A stretch of 64,000 nt of DNA, taken from the NCBI RefSeq assembly GCF_009914755.1, contig NC_060937.1; one strand, written 5' to 3'. How positions within the stretch are numbered: position 1 is the first letter of the stretch; each line of letters begins with the position of its first letter. Below, piece after piece: positions 1 through 14,239 of the stretch. The translations under genes and the position numbers were made by a program. The DNA is from the human T2T-CHM13v2.0 reference genome, Homo sapiens. A model generated the notes under the pieces. That model worked only from the letters and a program-made list of their open reading frames with translations, did not search any database and had not been told where the DNA came from.

Positions 1-1544
1 TTGAAAGCATTTTTCAATATTATTTTGAGACTAGTAATGAAAGTCTACATCAAACAAAACCTTTCTCCCTGCTATGCCTCATATCTTCAGAAATGTAATT
101 TCCGGAATAAGTAATCTTAATCCAGTGAAGATTTCATTTGGTCTTTTTACTTTATAAATGTAATTTGCCTCCTCAATAATATGTTGCTGAGTTTAAGCAG
201 CAAGGGTTATATCAAAGATGTATTAAAATGTCTTAAGTCTATTTTCCTCATGCTGCATTATAAAATATTTTTCAATTCTTAAAGCTCCTCTTAGCCCCGT
301 CTCTGCATAAAACACAACAATAATAGTTTCTTCAATGGTTATTCTATTGTTCCAATGACCTCAATAAGTCAATAACATGCCTGCAATACTTTCCTCACTC
401 CAAGAAATATTACAATACACATAATAAAATTCATTTCTCTTAATTTGTATAAAATTACTAAGTTTTGTGTGTAATTGCTAATAATTTTTATACGTGGGGT
501 CAGTGGCAGTCATTGTCAAAGGCGGACTTCTAAATGACAGCAACAATAACAAACCATGGATGGAAACAAATTACAAATAAAATTATTGAATAAAAGTGGT
601 TGATGTATTTGATCAAATCAGTGTTTCCTGATCTTTAGTGAAAGAGCAGGAAAAGAGAACCAAAGTGGAAATTTCATAATACATATTGAGAGAACCATCT
701 GTGAGGTTTAAAGTGGCCAGGCAGAAAGGTTGCACCTGGGACGTCTTTAAAGTATACATACACAGCAGTTAGGACAGAATTATAGCTTCCTGTAGAAGAT
801 CTTTTATGCATAGATGTATTTTGAGGTTCTTGTAAGTGAATAATACAGAGGATGTTGTTAAGTTGTTACCCTTGAATGCTATATTTCTACAGAAATGGTT
901 AATAAGACCCTTAATTTGGGTTTGTGGTGATTTTTTGTTATTTTTAAGACAAAACAGTACTAATTATTTTGTGCTGATATATAAGAAACTAAAGCTGTTA
1001 ATCTTTAAACCCTATTAATAAAGATGTTACCATAAATACAAAATCAATATAATTAGTCAAACGTGCTCGAAATAGCCTTAGATACCACCATAAATTGCCA
1101 TGTTTACCTTTAATCCAGCAAGATGCCCAAACATCTGCATTTAACTCAGTTCCACTTCAGATGTTAGATATTTGCTTATATGAGGGGAATAGAGCAAAGC
1201 AAAACAAACCAAGAAAACCAAACACCCTTCTCTTTGGTGATGGGGCTATTCATTGTTACAGAAGCGAATGAGCAAAAAGGACAGTAAATCTTAGGTAAGT
1301 CTCCAGGATGTAGTTAATACCGTAAAGTGTTTTCATTCTGTATTAGAGATCTAAGCACCCAATTTCCATCTCCTGCTTCTTTCACTCACAAAGGTCAAAT
1401 CACATTTCAAAGTTTAGTTGTCACTTCCACAAAAATCTATAATAACTATAATCACTCAGCAAGTTAGTGTCTGCTTCTCTGAACTCAGAATAACTTCTGC
1501 ACTGTTAGGAGCCACTTATCAGCTAAGATTCCCACCAATATGTC

Positions 1545-1648
1545 TGATCAGGCTACTAACTCTTCAGGTCGTGGGCTGTCTTTGCTCTCTAAATTGTAAT
1601 AACCTATTCTATATGTTCTCCCTAAAGGTTTATTAAATGAATGAATGA
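1545..1648 (+). mobile_element. L2 3' end remnant
   Basis: Ends in tttattaaatgaatgaatga, the L2-type tail; upstream sequence weakly resembles the L2 3' UTR. Confidence 0.4.
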
Positions 1649-1888
1649 TTATCCAGTCTCTTCCTGTGTGATTTTAGTCAGAGTTGTTTTGCTTTCTTTT
1701 TTTTTTCAAAGCATAATAGTTTATTATTTTGTTAGGTTTAATAATTGTGTTTCTTATTTCAAAATATAATAATTCCTATGTATTTAAAGCTAGCTTTACA
1801 TTGATAAAATATAATTTTTATGTATTTAGAGCTAATTTTATGATATTTTACACTGTGCATTTTATTATTAAGAAATAGTTTTGTAAAA

Positions 1889-2377
1889 CAATCTATTATA
1901 AAGATACACGCATGCGTATGTTCATTGCAGCACTGTTCACAATAGCAAAGACATGGAATCAACCCAAAAGCCCATCAGTGAAAGACTAAGAAAATGTACA
2001 CGTACACCATGGAGTACTATGCAACCATGACAAGGAATGAGATCATGCAGGAACATGGATGGAGCTGGAGCCATTATTCTCAGCAAACAAACGGAGGAAC
2101 AGAACACCAGACACTGCATGTTCTCACTTATAAATGAGAGCTGAATGATGAGAACACATGGACACATGGTGGGGAACAACACGCATTGGGGCCTACTGGG
2201 GGGTGAGGAGTACGGGGAGGGAGAGCATCAGGAAGAATAGCTAATGGATGGATTGGTTTCATACCTAGGTGATGGGATGACTTGTGCAGCAAACCACCAT
2301 GATACACATCTATCTATGTATCAAATCTGCACATCCGGCACATGTACCCCTGAACTTAAAAGTTGGGAAGAAAAAAA
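1889..2377 (+). mobile_element. 5'-truncated L1PA (L1PA8A-L1PA12 type) 3' end
   Basis: ORF2 C-terminal remnant plus 3' UTR gagagcatcaggaagaatagctaatggatg...catgtacccctgaacttaaaag; degenerate TSD agaaatagttttgt (1871-1884) / aaaagtagttttgt (2374-2387). Confidence 0.92.
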
Positions 2378-2804
2378 GTAGTTTTGTGAGAGGGCCTCTA
2401 AAATAAATAATATTGGCATGTTTCCTTTCGAAGAACTTAAAAAGTACATGTCACATTAAAAATTCTGATAATACCTACCATTAAGAAATTTGATTATTTT
2501 GTTCTGCCATGTATTTCTCTAGCTATTAATAATGGAAACTCCGAATCACTTATTTTGTATAATTCTTATTAATAATACAGGGAACCACATTTGTAAAACA
2601 TACTTTGAAAAATGTCACATTGTTGTATTATGATTAAATCTCAATTTTTGTTAACAGGTGTTTGCTAGTACCTGTTAACACTTGTCAACATTGTTTTTAT
2701 TTGATATTGGAGGTTACAAAAAGAATTCTTCAAATATAATTTATATGGCTATGATTGCCATCATAACCAAATTAAATAAGTACAGTGATAAAATGTCTAC
2801 CAGT

Positions 2805-2900
2805 CAGATTCTAGTGTCTATCATTGCTATGACCTAGAGAAACTACTAACTTTTCTGGACGTCAGGTTATTCATCTATAATATAATGAGATACTAACATT
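2805..2900 (+). mobile_element. MIR core fragment
   Basis: gctatgacctagagaaactactaacttttctggacgtcaggttattcatctataa resembles the MIR core. Confidence 0.6.
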
Positions 2901-3473
2901 ATGAAATTGATTATTCATTCATTCATGAGTTGCTTTAAGGTAGTAGTTACTCTTTCATATCCTGAAGTTTGACATTTACCATCCTGATTGCATGTAGCTT
3001 ACATATGGAATGTCTTGAAATCATACATATCTTTTAGTTTTTAAAAATGAATTCTAAGACAAAAAATGTTTAAAGTGCTCTCAAGAAGCATATGCATGAC
3101 AAGGTATTTTTTATTAGTGAGAATACAGGAAACAACCTAGAGATCCAAAGGTGGTGATTGGTTTAATACATGACATTAAATTACAGGTGGTACTATGATT
3201 ATTATAATATATATTCTATATTACCTATAATGTCACATGTCACTTATTAGTTTTATATATCAGTTTACGGTTGTATACTACAACATTTTATTTATTGCAT
3301 ATCAATTTCTTGTATGGATATGCCAAAATTTATTCTCATATTAATTTATTTATTCACATTTTCTATCAGGACAAATCCTCTTCATCCTAGGCAATGTTTA
3401 AAGCTCACAAGATCCAATACTTTAAAAACACACTATATTAATGTAACATTATGGTTGTTACCACCCACAAGCA

Positions 3474-3700
3474 AACACACACACACACAGGGCACATATA
3501 TAAATTGTATAATATTGCATACCACATTATAATATATTAGAATATTATATATACACACATATACAATATGTATGTAACTATGTATATATAATTATATATC
3601 ATTGTATGTAATACTATGATAATTATAATGTGTGTATATATACATATATACATCCCATGTATTATGATATATTATTGCATAACAATTTATAAATTATATT
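3474..3700. repeat. (CA)n plus TA-rich low-complexity tract
   Basis: acacacacacacac followed by degenerate TATA/TACA/TGTA repeats. Confidence 0.8.
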
Positions 3701-3777
3701 TGGTAATGACTATATTGTCACTCATAATTTAATGTGTTTTTAAAGTCATTATATGCATTTTTAAAGTTTTTTGTCTC

Positions 3778-3892
3778 CTAGAATGTATGTTCCAGGAAGG
3801 ATTCTGTTTTCTTCACAACTGTATCCCAAGATTGAAACATTACCTGGAATGTTGAAGAGTTATCTACATAATAAATCTGTATAAATTAATGT
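3778..3892 (+). mobile_element. L2 3' end
   Basis: ctagaatgtatgttccaggaagg...ttcacaactgtatccc...cctggaatg...aataaatctg matches the L2a terminal pattern. Confidence 0.65.
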
Positions 3893-4059
3893 TTGAAAAC
3901 ATAATTTTAACATATATATAAAGTAAAATCCTTTAAAATACTATGGTATAAAACTATATGTTTGTACAAAAGTGATGAGACTGTATTCACAAATAAAAAT
4001 AATGGTTTAAAATAAAATTATTATATGTTTCTAAATTGTAAAGAAAACATTTTTATGGG

Positions 4060-4195
4060 AAGCATGGCTAATGAGAAGGAGTGGGGAAGTGAGATGAGGC
4101 ATCTTAAGAGATTGACAGGGTCAATATCATGCTAATTTAAGACTCTGTTCCTTATTAGGAAGTATTATGTAGCAATTGAAAGAATTTAAGCAAAT
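4060..4195 (-). mobile_element. L2 internal fragment
   Basis: gagatgaggc...gacagggtcaatatcatg...gcaattgaaagaatttaagca resembles antisense L2. Confidence 0.45.
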
Positions 4196-4304
4196 TTCCC
4201 AAACTGATACATGTATGAAGACCATGCCTCATCATTTCATTTTGTGAATCAGTAAGTGTTCTATTTTAGTTTCTGGCACAAAGTAACCAATGATTCTGCA
4301 TGAT

Positions 4305-6775
4305 TTTTTTCTTAATTAGTAGATTTATTTTTAGTTTTATTTTTATAGAAAAACTGTGAAGTACAGAGTTTCCATATTTCCCCCAATCCTTCACACACAT
4401 TTTTGCAAAAATCAACATTTTGCATTAATGTGGTACATTTGGTAAAACTGATAAACCAATATTTATATATTATTATTTACCAAGGTAATAGTTAACAAGT
4501 GCAAGCACTCTGTGTTTTATACAGTCCAATTAGTTTTGACAAATGAATAAATTCATGTGTCTGTCATTATAGTATCATACAGAATAGTTTCCTGCCCTAA
4601 AAAGTATTCTGTAATCCATATTTATTCCCCTGTTCATCTTTCCTTCATAACATCTTGACAACCATTAATCTTTTTATTCTCTCTATAATACTTACTGCCT
4701 TTTCCAGAATGTTATATAGTCAAAAACATACAGTATGTACACTTTTCAGACTGGCCTATTTCACTTAGTAATAGATATTTAAGGTTTCTCCTATTCTTAC
4801 TATTCATTTTTCATAACTGGATATGCCACTTTTTTTCTCATCTCTGAATAATATTTTATTGTTTGAATGCACCACAGTTCGGTTATGCATTCATCTATTG
4901 AAGGATACCTGATTGCATTCAATTACTTGAAATCATAAAGAAAGTTGCTGTAAGCATTTGTGTGTAGGTTTTCATGTGGACAAAATTTTCAACTGATTTT
5001 GGTAAACACCAACAAGTGTAGTTGCAGGATGTTATGATGTTAAGCTTACTATCAACTTTGCAAGGAACTGCCGAACTGTTTTTAGAAAGTGGCTGTAATG
5101 TTTTGCATTCTCATTTGCAATGAATAATTGTTCCTTTTGCTCCATATCCTTGCCCGCATTGGGTGTTGCCAGTGTTTGAGATTTTACTATTCTAAAAGGT
5201 ATGTAATAGTATCTCATTGTTATTTTAATTTGCAATTCTCTAGCTTCAAATGATATTGAATATCTTTTTTATATGCTATTTTTCCATCTGCTTGTCTTCT
5301 TTGATGAAGTGTCTGTTTATGTCATCTAAAGTGAACCCATTTTAGCCCATTTTTCAATGAGTTATTTGTTTACTTATTGTTCCAAGAGTTTTTAGTATAT
5401 TTGGATGTCAATCCTTTATCAGATATGAGCTTTGCAAATATTGTCTCCCAGTTGGTAATTTATCTCTTTATTCTCCTGACTCTTTTTCAACGCAGAAATT
5501 TTTAAAATTTTATGAAGTCCAACGTTCGTGTTTTTCTTTAATGGATCATGCTTTTGGTGTTGTATGTAGAAAGTCATCACCAAACTCAGTCACCTACATT
5601 TTCTCCTGGGTTATTTTCTAGAAGTTGTATAGTTTTGCATTTTACCTTTAGTTTATGATAGATTTTTACTTAATTTTTGTGAAAGGTATATCTTTGTCTA
5701 GATTATTATTATTATTATTTTGCATGTGGCTGTCCATGCCTTGTTCCTGGTCTGAGGATGACAATATTATTTAGTTTCTCATCATTGAGTATGATGTCAG
5801 CTGTAGCTTTTGTGAAGATGTATTTATCAAGTTGAGAAAGTTCCCCTCTATACCTAGTTTGCTGAGAGGTTTTATTTAAATAGTAAATGAGTGTGGGATT
5901 TTGTAAAATATTTTTATATGTATCTTTAAAATAATTCTGTATTTTTTCTTTAGCTTGTTGATGTGGTAGATTACATTAAATAATTTTCAGATCTTGAAAC
6001 ATTCTTATATAGGTGAAATAAATCTCAATAGACCATGATGGGATTTATTTTATATATTATTGGAGTTAATCTGCTAATATTTTGTGGAGTATATTTACCT
6101 CTATAGTCATGAAAAATACTAGTTTGCAGTTTTTCTTTCTTGTGAAGTCTTTTGTTTTGATATTAGCATAAAGCTGACTTTAAAGAACCAGAAACTGTGC
6201 CATCAGTTTCTACTATCTAAAAGAGATTTCAGAAGGTCATTATCATTTCTTTTTTAAAGGATTGGTATAATTCATCGGTGAAACCATCAGGGTTTTGTGC
6301 TTTCTGCTTTGGAAAGTTATTGATTATTGCTTCACTCTCCTTAATACACAGAGAACTACTCAGATTATCTATTTTATCTTGTATGAGTTTTGGTAGATTG
6401 TGTCTCTCAATGAATTTTTCCAATTTATGTAAGTTATCAAATTTATGGGCACAGAGTTGTTTATAATGCTCATGGGATTACTAGGAACGGCTATTCATTT
6501 CTGAAATTCATCCTTTTTGTTACATTTCACTATTTCCAGGTTACTCAGGCTGGCAATTCATCAACTTTTTAGATCTTTATAAAGAGCCAGGTTTGATTTT
6601 GTTGATTTTTTTCTACTAATTTTCTATATTAAGTTGCATTTATTTTTTGCCCCTTTTTATTTTTTTTTCACTTACTTTGGATTCCATCTTTTTTATTCTC
6701 TTGTTTGTTATATACTAAAGTTGAAGTTTAGATGGATTTTAGATCTTTCTTCTTTTCTCATGTGTGCATTATCTT
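4305..6775 (-). mobile_element. L1MC-type (L1MC1-3/MD) 3' UTR plus ORF2 fragments with internal deletion
   Basis: Antisense L1MC 3' end (gtacagagtttccatat...gtggtacatttg...); ORF-track peptides MQIKITMRYYY... and MEKFIERHNLPKL... are L1 ORF2-like. Confidence 0.9.
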
Positions 6776-6939
6776 CAGATCCTCCTTAAGCTCATTCTCA
6801 ATGTAAATACTGATTCTTAGTGGCCAAAACAAGGTAATAATGTAAATAAGTAACAAAGTAAAGACAAAGAAAAGGTTTGTCATTATTACATCCATAAATA
6901 CAAATACATTTTGAATAACTCTCTAATACAGCATTCAGA

Positions 6940-7570
6940 GTTCTTAAAAAAAACATATGAAACACAAAGTAGAAAATTCAGTAGAATGTTTGAAAAATAA
7001 AATAAGCTCTCTCTCAGAATGTGAACAAAAATTCAAAAGGGGTAAAAAAAAGACTTCAAAGTTTCAGAAACAGTTCAGATCTTAATAAGACTTACCCCAT
7101 AGTGAGAGAACAGAGTAAACACAAGGAAATGAGTCGTAGATAATTAAGCAAAGTTTCAGCAAAATACATCCAATATTTTCTAGGTGGAAGGAAGTCATCA
7201 CTGAGTCATAATGCAAAGGTTTAAAATAGATTTATACTAACGCACATAATTGGACATCAGAATACTGAGACAAGAAACAAGATTCTGCAAGGTTCTGGTA
7301 AATTTAAAGAATTATAATTACTTTACAAAAAAATCAGAATATCATCAATCTTTTAACCAGGGACAGTGGAAGTTATAAAGCATTAGAATATTCTTCATGA
7401 AAATCTGGAGGAATTTTTTTCCACATATAATTTTATACCCATTCTCACTACCAATTCATTGTGAAAAGCAAAATAAATGTGTTTTCACACCTTAAAATTC
7501 TCAAAATGTACCATATCACTTCTCCTTTATTTTCATTAACTTACGATAAAAGTTATTTAACAAAATTAGT
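6940..7570 (+). mobile_element. HAL1 (half-L1, ORF1-like) fragment
   Basis: cagaatactgagacaagaaacaagattctg...aatcagaatatcatcaatc...ttttataccca...aaataaatgtgttttcacac follows the HAL1/L1 ORF1 C-terminal pattern. Confidence 0.55.
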
Positions 7571-8509
7571 GTTATCATGAATGAAACCTATCTGTTTCAC
7601 ATACCAGTTAAATTTAGTAATCAGTAGATAATTGATCCTGGTGTAATATCCCACTATTTTCTGGACGTAATATATTTATTCCTGAAAGTTGTTTGAAATA
7701 TATAAGCCTGATCTAGTGTAGGATAATTGGCTTTATATTGTTTTTTAGTCAGATTCCATAATATCCATTCATTAATGATTTTTTTCTCAAACATTTAATG
7801 TTTAATTCTTTTTGGTACTATATGTAGTGAGTGATGAACACCTACGTGTCTTTGCAGTTTAAAAATTCACTAGTAAGGGAGAAAACACAAATTCCCCCTC
7901 CACTGATATTTTCTAATATGCTCCCAGTGGGAAAAAAACATAATTGCTTAAAGAAGTGGAACAATGTATCTTCCATATTCTTGTTAAATAATAGCAGACC
8001 ATAGAGGAGGATTCTTCTAGATAAAAATAGACTCAAGTGTTATTTCTTCCAAGTTTCAAGTATCTTATTCAAAAAGTTAAATAGTTTCATTTTTGTTTTG
8101 TTTTGTCTTTTATCTTGTAATACCAATTCTGTTTTATTGGTGACATGCTATGTCAATATGTGTGTGAAATGTAGTGGGTAATGAGGAGTAAAAGCTCTAA
8201 GAAAACAAAATCTAAAAAAATAGAGTTGCATAGTTGCAAGACGCAGACCAGGAAAGACCTTTGGCCACAAAGTGCAAGGCTGAAGAAACTCTTCTTGGAT
8301 CTGATCACAGAATGCTCTGTAGAAAAACTTATCACAATCAACTTATTATTTCAGTATACTCATCCTAAATATGGTATGAATTTATAGCCCTGTGCACAAA
8401 GGACACGGTATATCCCTTTCTCTTTTGCTCTCTACAATGAAGAATACTGTGATATCAAGTTGTATAGATATTTACATTAAAATCAATATGGCCGTTTACT
8501 TTGAATAAG

Positions 8510-8712
8510 GCACTTTGTTAAGCATACAAGATAATCATATGGTTTCAAAACCCAGCGACTTACTAGCTGTTATAGCAATCAAGGTACTTAAACTCTGTAA
8601 GCCATGGTTTCCTCATCTGTAGGAAGATGATAATTGTAGGAGTTATTTAATATAGAGGCATGCAGAATAATTTATCACAATGCCAAACACAGTACATATT
8701 CAAAAAGTTGAT
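8510..8712 (+). mobile_element. MIR
   Basis: acttactagctgt...gtacttaaactctgtaagccatggtttcctcatctgta is the MIR core. Confidence 0.7.
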
Positions 8713-8800
8713 TTAGAAAAATAATATATATAATGACCATAACAGTGTTTATACAAATAAAGAGAGGAATAGGAAGTGAATACTTAAAATACTTATTTAG

Positions 8801-9080
<280 letters not shown>

Positions 9081-11429
9081 TCATTGTGTAATTTTAATAT
9101 TTCCAGCAATGAATTTACCGTGGAATTAGCAGTCGTATTTAGCTTTCTGGTTCTTTTTTTAAAGAAATAACTTCATTTGCTTTTCTTCTTAATGGAATGA
9201 CGTATATTACATTTTCTTATGTCATATTGTGTTCTTCCATTGTTCTATTTATCAATAATATACATGTGAAAGCTTTTATTGGTAGTCCAAAAGGATGATA
9301 TTAGGCTTAGGCAGGAAATATTCTAAGGTTTTGTAGGCAACATTGCAATTGACATTTAAAATATCCCTTTATAGATATAACCGGATGGACAACTGATTCT
9401 TTTGCATATTTCCAAGTGGTAACTGTAGTTTGGGGATATAAAAACTCTTCCTTGGATCTTAAATGCTTCTAGAAAAAACTGCACAAATCCAAATGCAAAT
9501 GGAAAAATGTTCTTGAACATGTCACGCTGCTAGAATACTGGAATACATGCAGAACTCCCTAATCAAACTTATTTTTAACCTTAGTAGGGATTAATACCTT
9601 GAGTTACCTTGATCTTCTTTCACATCAGTAAAAACATGAAAAGATTTGTGGATGGGGATATTATTGAAATTGAGCCTTAATTGGAACTTAATCTCCATAA
9701 TTATGCGTAATTGCCTGTGTTTATTACTCCTACAATGAGGACACATTTTTCTTTGGCTCTCAGGAAGCGTGTGTTAAAGCATCACAAACAGCATTAGATA
9801 ATATGATCCTATACACTTCACTGAGTTTATCTGGTTATGCAGTATCCTTATTCAAAGAGAGACACAAAGAACTTACAGTACAATGCCCTCTGACTTTACT
9901 AAGTAGCTTCAATAAAATCAAAGATACAATTTCAAAACATCTTTTAAAGATATAGTCATAGAATTGGATTTAAATTAAATGAACTGTATAAAATATATTG
10001 CCTGCTTTTATGAATTCTTAGTTCTAAAATGATCAGTAATGCAGGTGTTTTGGGAATAAAGAATTAAGTAACATTGAAATGCTTTTATTATGAAATCAAA
10101 TAAAATTATTTAGGACATTAACTTGCCTGGAATCTGGAGCACAACCAAAGTAAATGATTCATTTTGAAAGTGTGGAAATTTATGATGACAGTAATGTCTC
10201 ATCATTGGCATATCAATTTAAAATGATCAATATGTGCTTATATTTCTTTCCTGTGTATGTTAGTCCAGTCATTATATTAATTATAGTTTCAAACATTGTT
10301 ATTAGTAGCTATGACTTATTAAATGTCCTGTGATGCTTTAGGGCTAGGGGTAAATCTGAGCATTGCAGGTAAATATTTAAATGGAAGAATGTGAAGAGAA
10401 GGTGTTCTGAAGTGTTCTATGAATAGACCTCTTAAAGATAATCAAAATTTAAATGAGCAAAGAAGTAATCGCATGTTGCTTTTGACATTTTATCAAATGG
10501 CCAGAGCAGACCTACTTTCTGTGTCATTTTTCAAAATATACAGAATGTCTAAACTTGAAATAAAAAGAATTTTCTATAGTATCATTCTATATAATCTCAA
10601 ATAAATTTGACAACAATTATTAAATGTGAAATAGTTGGTTTCTTATCTTTTATTAGTTACATATTCTACATTTTAATTAACCAAATTCTAGTTTGCAAAT
10701 ATGTACTAATATTGTCTTGATATTGAATAGTTATATACTTTTAGTGTAAACAGAACAGGCAAGTATTTATTTATTTATTTTACTGTTGTTTCTGAGCCTA
10801 TGCACTACTACATCAATAGTTCTCAGCCCTGAGCCCAGGATGTTTTCAAACAGTATGAATATCATATACATTTTTTTTGATAAGATTCTGGTTTGGAAAT
10901 TACTGGAAATTTCTTTTTAGGTCATCCTAATAATGCAACTATGGTCACGATTCACTATAATAGGCTATAAATTTATTGTAAGTAGGACCTCTTTTATTTA
11001 CCCAGGTGGGCACAAGAAAACAGAGCACAGCTCTGTTACAGCAGAGCTGTAACAACAAATGTATTTTATTAGAGGGCTTTTAAGTTCTGAGATACAGTCT
11101 CTTAGTAAATATCTTTTTAATGAAACCAACCACTATGTGATGAGTTCCATATTTAAAAGCAGAGTAGTTTGCCCTTCTTTTTTTGGAAAACTGAAGATGA
11201 AAATATTTTCACTAGCTGCATATAAAGAAGTCAATTTTACTTATGGTGATTTTGGAAGCAGCTAGAGTTTGAGTATCTGGAGTATATTGACTTTATTCAT
11301 ACACAATACAGATTTCTCATGCTTACCAGTGTCAACACTTTGGAAAATTAACAAGTTGTTTTTGAAGTAAAAAAAAATTAATAGTTAAAATACATTGTAC
11401 TTTTGCAATATAATAATCACTGCTCAAAT

Positions 11430-11575
11430 TTTATTTAATATACTCCTAGCCACAACCCTAAGAATTAGACATTTTCACTGAAGAATTAAGGTCTAGATTT
11501 GTGTTGTAATTTTTCTAAGCTTGTGTATTGGTAAGTGACTGAATCAAAATTCAAAACAGAATCAATTTAAACTTT
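11430..11575 (-). mobile_element. MIR
   Basis: acaaccctaag...cattttcactgaagaattaagg...ggtaagtgactgaatcaaaattcaaaac resembles antisense MIR. Confidence 0.55.
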
Positions 11576-11753
11576 TTACAGTAATAACAAATTGCCTAGT
11601 GTACTTGCTAAGATATTTGATATCTTCTCCAATAAAAAAGACAGTCATACTCTCCTGCAAGACTCCATATATTGTCATATATTTGGAAACATGGCTAGAA
11701 GCAATTTTGTCCAGAGTAGAACAAATTGTTCTAAATTGTGTTTCTGAGATGCT

Positions 11754-12285
11754 TGTGAAAGCAGTCAGATATTTGCAAGAAATCCTAATGTCCCTCAGTT
11801 TGACTAAACTTTAGAAGACAGGCTTCTTTCTGACTCTAGGCCCTTCATCTTTCTTTCCTTAGAGCACCTAATTTAGATAACTTGTCATTGTCAATTCATT
11901 CTATTTTATTGTGAGGTGTAAATATTTTTTAAAATCTTTCCAGTTTACAAAAATCTCTTTTCCTGGGAACTTTGAATTCATCCCTTAGAAATGTAATCAT
12001 CAAGGAATATAGAGTCCCTATTCCCAAATTTCTGTGGGAGAGCAGGAGCCTAACTTTGATAGGCTCATTGTCGAAAGTTAGAAAGGTACCTCTTGTCATG
12101 AAGCTTTGAGAAATTTTACTTTTTCTGTGGGCAAAGCCAATTAGCAGAAATGGCTTATGATCTATCCCTTTCAGCTCTTAATTTTTTGGCTCTTAAAATT
12201 TTCCAGTCCTAGTTTCAAAGCAATAGACTTGAATAAAGTTTATCTTTCATATTTAAATTACTCCAGTGCAATTTTTGCTTTGACA
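11754..12285 (+). mobile_element. ERV1-class solo LTR, MER67-like
   Basis: TG...CA ends with terminal inverted repeat tgtgaaagca / tgctttgaca (9/10); internal ttgactaaactttag...ctgactctaggccc...ctgtgggagagcaggagcctaactt; AATAAA near the 3' end. Confidence 0.65.
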
Positions 12286-13719
12286 TTGTTTTCATGTTTT
12301 TATTTTGGTTAACTTAAATATGTATTTGAATGTTTACCTTTGACTAAGAAAATGGCAGAAGCAACAGAAACCTTTTTGAATAGACGTATTCCTTCTTGTG
12401 GCCTTCTACTGCTTCGACTTCCCTTCCAGTAAAGTTATTTACACAAGCATATAATTTAACCATGGTAATAGTACTATTTAAGAATTGATTCTTAATTGAT
12501 TCGTAACCACTGAAATAAAATTTTGTTTTCATTATGGTAGACGAGGAGTTAACAACCTAAATCTATGTTTCAGCTTTGACATTTGTAAGGTTTGATACAC
12601 CTAATTACCTTAATAAAACTTGAGAATTTAGGGGGGATTTTGCATTCATTTTAGACATAGAGAAGTGATTTTCATTTACCAAATGTGTACAATTGTAAAA
12701 TATAAAGACAAAAATTAAATTCAAGAAAATACAGATTAAAAGCAGTCTGCTAAAATATACAAATCCCAAAGTCAATCATTTTTGAGTTTCTTCCTTTAAA
12801 ATTCTTTCTCACTGATAGAAGTAAGGTTGGAAATTTGCTATATTCAAAATAGAGTTGTGATGCATCTCCCCTTTAGACTCCTGAAGTACATATGCCTTCA
12901 AAATGCATATGAAAAGCAAAAGGAATTTATATAGTTTTGTACACTTTGGTTAAACCATTTTTAAAAATGGAATTTCTTCACCTCACATGCCTAAAATTTA
13001 AAAAGTAGTCTAACTTCTGTCTATGCAATTTTCAGGTCTTCTTTCTTTCATATTTTATGCATTATCAATATTAAATGATTTATAAGTAGATGACTGCAAC
13101 AGCTACTCCCTACATCCTCTTGGGTTGAAGTACAGAACAGAAAAAACAAATGCTTCTCTCTGTGATCTCATATAGGTCTTGTTGCATATTAGTGGTGCTG
13201 AATATTCATGACCAGGTTGTATGACACTCCAAATGGCTAGAAATGCCTACTCCTAAATCCAGGTGTTGATAACTAGATGTGAAGCATATCAACTGTGAGT
13301 TGAGCAGGAATAGCTGCCAGCAGGCATATTTACCCAGAAAAGAAAGAACTCTCTTTAACAATTAGTAAATAATGAGCAGTTCTTGCACATTATGCAAAAG
13401 CTAATACATGAGTCACCTCCCTATGTATTGACAATTAGTTGAGTAAAAATGTAAGTCATACTTTATTTGCCTCATAGTACCTCACACACTTGAAAAATAC
13501 TGAAGTTTATAGGTATGCACATGTATGTACTGCATATTAAGGACAATGTTTATATCTATCACGGTGGCATTATTTTGATTAATAGCCAATCAAGACATTA
13601 AGATTACTTTTATTTTAAAGTTCAATTTATTGATATAATTTATTTAATATCCTAACATAAACCACATTAAAATAGCAAAAAAAGCATATCTTTCTTTTCA
13701 AAAGGGCCAAAATATATTT

Positions 13720-14200
13720 TAAGAAAGCAAAAATTTTTGTACTAGAATACACAAAAGAAGACATGAATCAGTAAAATACATGACATAGTTGTGTCTTAAA
13801 TGAGTCAATGTTGTAAAGTTGACATTTTTTTTCACCATTGATTTACAAACCCCATCATTTCAGGTGAAATTTCCATGCTTTTTTTGGTAACATTTCCATA
13901 ATTTATCTAGAGGAGAATTGTTAAGAAATTAATCTAATTTGATAACAGAGTAAGAGGAAGAAGTAGATTTTGGAATGACTAATGACTTGCACATCTAGGT
14001 GTCAGATTCAATATTCCTGGAAAAATTAAAACTGTACATAAATGACATATCAACAGACACATAGATCAATGGGATAAAATCAAGAGTGTACAAATAGGAA
14101 TATCTATAGATGAGATTTTAGGTTTTACACTAAGAAAGACGTTTTAAATATTTGGTAAAATGATGAGTAATCAAACAAATATGTGAAAGGAATTGACAGC
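13720..14200 (+). mobile_element. Ancient L1M(E) ORF2 fragment
   Basis: aaaagaagacatgaa...tcaatgttgtaaagttgacattt...agacacatagatcaatggga are L1 ORF2 landmarks. Confidence 0.6.
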
Positions 14201-14239
14201 CAATTAAGACATCCACATACTCATAGAGCTCTTCTGCAT

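Noticed and set aside
3170-3245. Imperfect hairpin (tgacatta...taatgtca) as a MITE or miRNA
   Set aside because: Pairing relies on TA-rich low-complexity sequence and needs gaps.
10813-10960. Possible MER5-like DNA transposon remnant
   Set aside because: Only the caatagttctca start resembles the terminal repeat; the interior and right end are too weak to call.
12530-12760. Possible old MIR fragments
   Set aside because: Similarity is too low to separate from AT-rich background by eye.
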